Part shown: in pieces, positions 57,685 through 64,000 of the stretch
Numbering within the stretch: the first letter of the stretch is position 1
Layout: every line of letters begins with the position of its first letter
From: an uncultured Victivallis sp.
GTDB lineage: Bacteria; Verrucomicrobiota; Lentisphaeria; Victivallales; Victivallaceae
Assembly (NCBI RefSeq): GCF_944391105.1
Contig: NZ_CALXSK010000012.1
Location: 11,414 to 75,413 of the forward strand
DNA length: 64,000 nt
Reading direction: 5' to 3'
Position numbers and translations under genes: made by a program
Notes under the pieces: generated by a model
The model's database searches: none
The model's input: the letters and a program-made list of their open reading frames with translations, nothing else
What the model was told of the DNA's origin: nothing

Positions 57685-58752
57685 TTATTTGCGGAAGGAG
57701 GCGATGAAGTCACGCAACTCCCCTTCCCGGCCGGCCGGAACCGAATCACGGATCATGAAAAGTTCAGGGCGGCCGATCTCCTCGATCAACTGTGCCGCCT
57801 CCCGGAAGTTACCTCCGGGAGAGATCCAGATTTTCCTGCCGGCATCCGCGATTTGTCGATAAACGTCAACCCAGTCGAGCAACGACCCGCCCCCGGCGCC
57901 ATAAACCCATTGAACACCATCAAGTTCTTTGATCGAAAGGATTTGCTGCAGATGCGGCAACTCGCCCTTTCCGTCCAGATGGTAGAAACAGCGCTCCAGT
58001 TTCCGGCAGCTCCGGCGCAACTCCGGCAAAACGAATTCCCCGAACATCTCCGGAGAAATCATGTAGCAGAAATCGCATTGCAGCATGTAGAACGGGCGGG
58101 CCGAAAGCGTTCCATCCCAGGCGCTGAATCCGTGATTCTCCGGCAAAATTCCACTGAAATAGTCAAACGCCTCAAACCACGCCTCGTGAACTTCCCCGGC
58201 AATGCGCTTGATCTCCTCCGGGCAGTCGTACAGCGCATAGAGAAGTTCTTCCCCCGGAATGAGCGAACTGACCACATCGAGCGTTCCCCCCAGATCCGTG
58301 CAGCCGACGTGAAAACGGCCGTTCCTCCCACGAGCCGCCAGCAGAAACTCCTCCACCCGGCGGAACCACGGAGAATTCCGGTCGAGGCGCGGATGAATCT
58401 CTCCGGGCGTTTTCCCGCCCCATCTTCCCGGAGTGAACCAGACCGTCTCCTCCCCGTTGTGCCCTTCCCCGCCGACCATCGCTGCCAGCACACCGGGACC
58501 GAAATTCAACCAGACTGACGGATAGGATTCTCCGACGTAGACACACTGCTCCAGATACATTTCGATCTCGTCGAGAATCCGCTCCGCCGGAATCGAAAAA
58601 TCGTATTGCGAAAGATAGGAATGCGGCTTGATTGCACTCCCGTCCGGCGGAACCACGGAAACATGAAACACCGGGCCGGAAAACTCGCCACGATGCCAGG
58701 CCTCCCACCGCGAACAAACGCCTTCCCAGTCAAATTGTTCCAACCTGTCCAC
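57685..58752 (-). CDS. Uroporphyrinogen decarboxylase / corrinoid methyltransferase-like TIM-barrel protein
   Basis: NFGPGVLAA, TDLGGTLD, MLQCDFCYMISPEMFGEFVLPEL, YHLDG and VQWVYGAG; GTG start. Confidence 0.7.
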   Translation of the reverse strand: MDRLEQFDWEGVCSRWEAWHRGEFSGPVFHVSVVPPDGSAIKPHSYLSQYDFSIPAERILDEIEMYLEQCVYVGESYPSVWLNFGPGVLAAMVGGEGHNGEETVWFTPGRWGGKTPGEIHPRLDRNSPWFRRVEEFLLAARGRNGRFHVGCTDLGGTLDVVSSLIPGEELLYALYDCPEEIKRIAGEVHEAWFEAFDYFSGILPENHGFSAWDGTLSARPFYMLQCDFCYMISPEMFGEFVLPELRRSCRKLERCFYHLDGKGELPHLQQILSIKELDGVQWVYGAGGGSLLDWVDVYRQIADAGRKIWISPGGNFREAAQLIEEIGRPELFMIRDSVPAGREGELRDFIASFRK

Positions 58753-58795
58753 ACTCTCCTCCCCGGCTTATTTTTTCACAAGCCCTGCCGCCGGA

Positions 58796-62884
<4,089 letters not shown>

Positions 62885-62980
62885 GAAACAAATTGCGCGG
62901 GAAAGAGTTGAACGCTCTCCCGCGCCGACTTCAGCTCCGCCTTCCTCTATCGGGGAGACGGGGCTTTTCTTTCTCAGGAA

Positions 62981-64000
62981 CTAAATGATTTCCAATCCGT
63001 TGCGATCAGGCAGCGCCGGAAACGGCCGATGCGGTTCGCTCTGATAGAAGTAAGCAACCGACGAAATGTCATCCTGCAACGGCAGATACCGGCCGCCCGA
63101 CCTCCAGCCGATCGCCTGAATCGTCACCTTCAAGCGTTCGTGGAAGTGAATCGGATCAGGCATGTGGAAGCGATAAAGAGTGTGACGCGCCCCGGTCCGG
63201 TTCTCTCCCCCGAACGGATACCCGAGAAACGGAGACGTGAAAGTCTTGCCGAAGCACCACGCGCCACCGAAGTAATCCTCCGTCCCGGTTCCGCAGAAGG
63301 TGGGAAACTCCCCGTCGCCATCGAGGAACATCTTAACCTCGCCTTCTCCCCACCAACCGTCGTTGTTCTGCTGCCAGGTGAGGTAACAACCGGCGAAGTT
63401 CCCCCTCCCCTCAACGCCGTCGAGAATCACATAATCCTCCCCGGAAACAAGCGGATTTGTGCGGTTGAAACGCGCATGAAAACAGGTGTTGCCGACCGGT
63501 TCGTCCAGTTCCTCAAAGGAGATCGCATAATAGAATCCCCCAACAGCTTCCGGCAGAAGATTTTCAATGGTGATCTCCGCATGACTGGAAAACGGCATCG
63601 GGAAATAGCAGTTCATGCCGTTGGTCGGGTTGACGTTGATCGGGATCGCCCTGACCTCCGCTGTGTGCTTGAAGGCGTTGCAGAAGAAATCTCCGAGTGG
63701 AACTTCCACACTGGGAAGAGGTTCGCCGTTCCAGTACATCCGCAGCACAAGATCGCGCAGATACTTCTCATTCACAGTGATCCAGATGTGCCGGATGCAG
63801 CCGGGACCATCCACATCCATCAGTTTCGTCACCGATTCCGGTGCAAGCGTGATGCAGGGACGCACCTTCCATTTCTGTCCGAGTTCTCGTGCGCAGCGGT
63901 TGTTTTCCCAGCGCTGCCCGATCCGGACAACATCCGGCTGCGGCGTATCGCTGACGTCGGCCATTCCGCCATGTCCCGGTTTGCCGTAAACATTCTCCGC
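62981..64000 (-). CDS. DUF2961 / GH172-like protein, 5' end beyond the window
   Basis: Frame open to the window edge (AENVYGKPGHGGMA); GPGCIRHIW, VEVPLGDFF, WWGEGE and GTGTEDYFGGAW. Confidence 0.88.
   Translation of the reverse strand, partial: AENVYGKPGHGGMADVSDTPQPDVVRIGQRWENNRCARELGQKWKVRPCITLAPESVTKLMDVDGPGCIRHIWITVNEKYLRDLVLRMYWNGEPLPSVEVPLGDFFCNAFKHTAEVRAIPINVNPTNGMNCYFPMPFSSHAEITIENLLPEAVGGFYYAISFEELDEPVGNTCFHARFNRTNPLVSGEDYVILDGVEGRGNFAGCYLTWQQNNDGWWGEGEVKMFLDGDGEFPTFCGTGTEDYFGGAWCFGKTFTSPFLGYPFGGENRTGARHTLYRFHMPDPIHFHERLKVTIQAIGWRSGGRYLPLQDDISSVAYFYQSEPHRPFPALPDRNGLEII

Overview
GC-rich bacterial DNA (spot counts about 60-68% in coding lines). The DUF1559/H-X9-DG-type prepilin, GntR-LacI hybrid regulator and CAZymes suggest a Lentisphaerae (Victivallis-like) anaerobe; this is inference. 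The left half is dominated by nitrogen metabolism: a urea/guanidine carboxylase (5'-truncated), allophanate hydrolase and an alpha/beta hydrolase, then two tandem secretin paralogues with no other secretion genes in the window. Further on is a large divergent glutamine/glutamate hub: gltB-gltD-dapF-dapL-NifA-like activator-pfpI on the minus strand and glnA(type III)-purF-carA-pyrG-carB on the plus strand. The right half holds a complete biotin operon, gluQ, priA, uvrA, small tandem membrane/lipoproteins and a glycan-utilisation locus. Main discovery: gltB and glnA each have a sigma54 (-24/-12) promoter, placed symmetrically (68 bp each side) around two TTACA-N4-TGTAA palindromes with a 30-bp period. 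The same design (two ACA-N4-TGT boxes with a 30-bp period plus a GG-N10-GC element) recurs 21 kb away in front of the secretin pair. This predicts a nitrogen-regulated, possibly heteromeric, stand-alone secretin channel controlled by the NifA-like activator. No rRNA, tRNA, CRISPR array or IS element was recognised.
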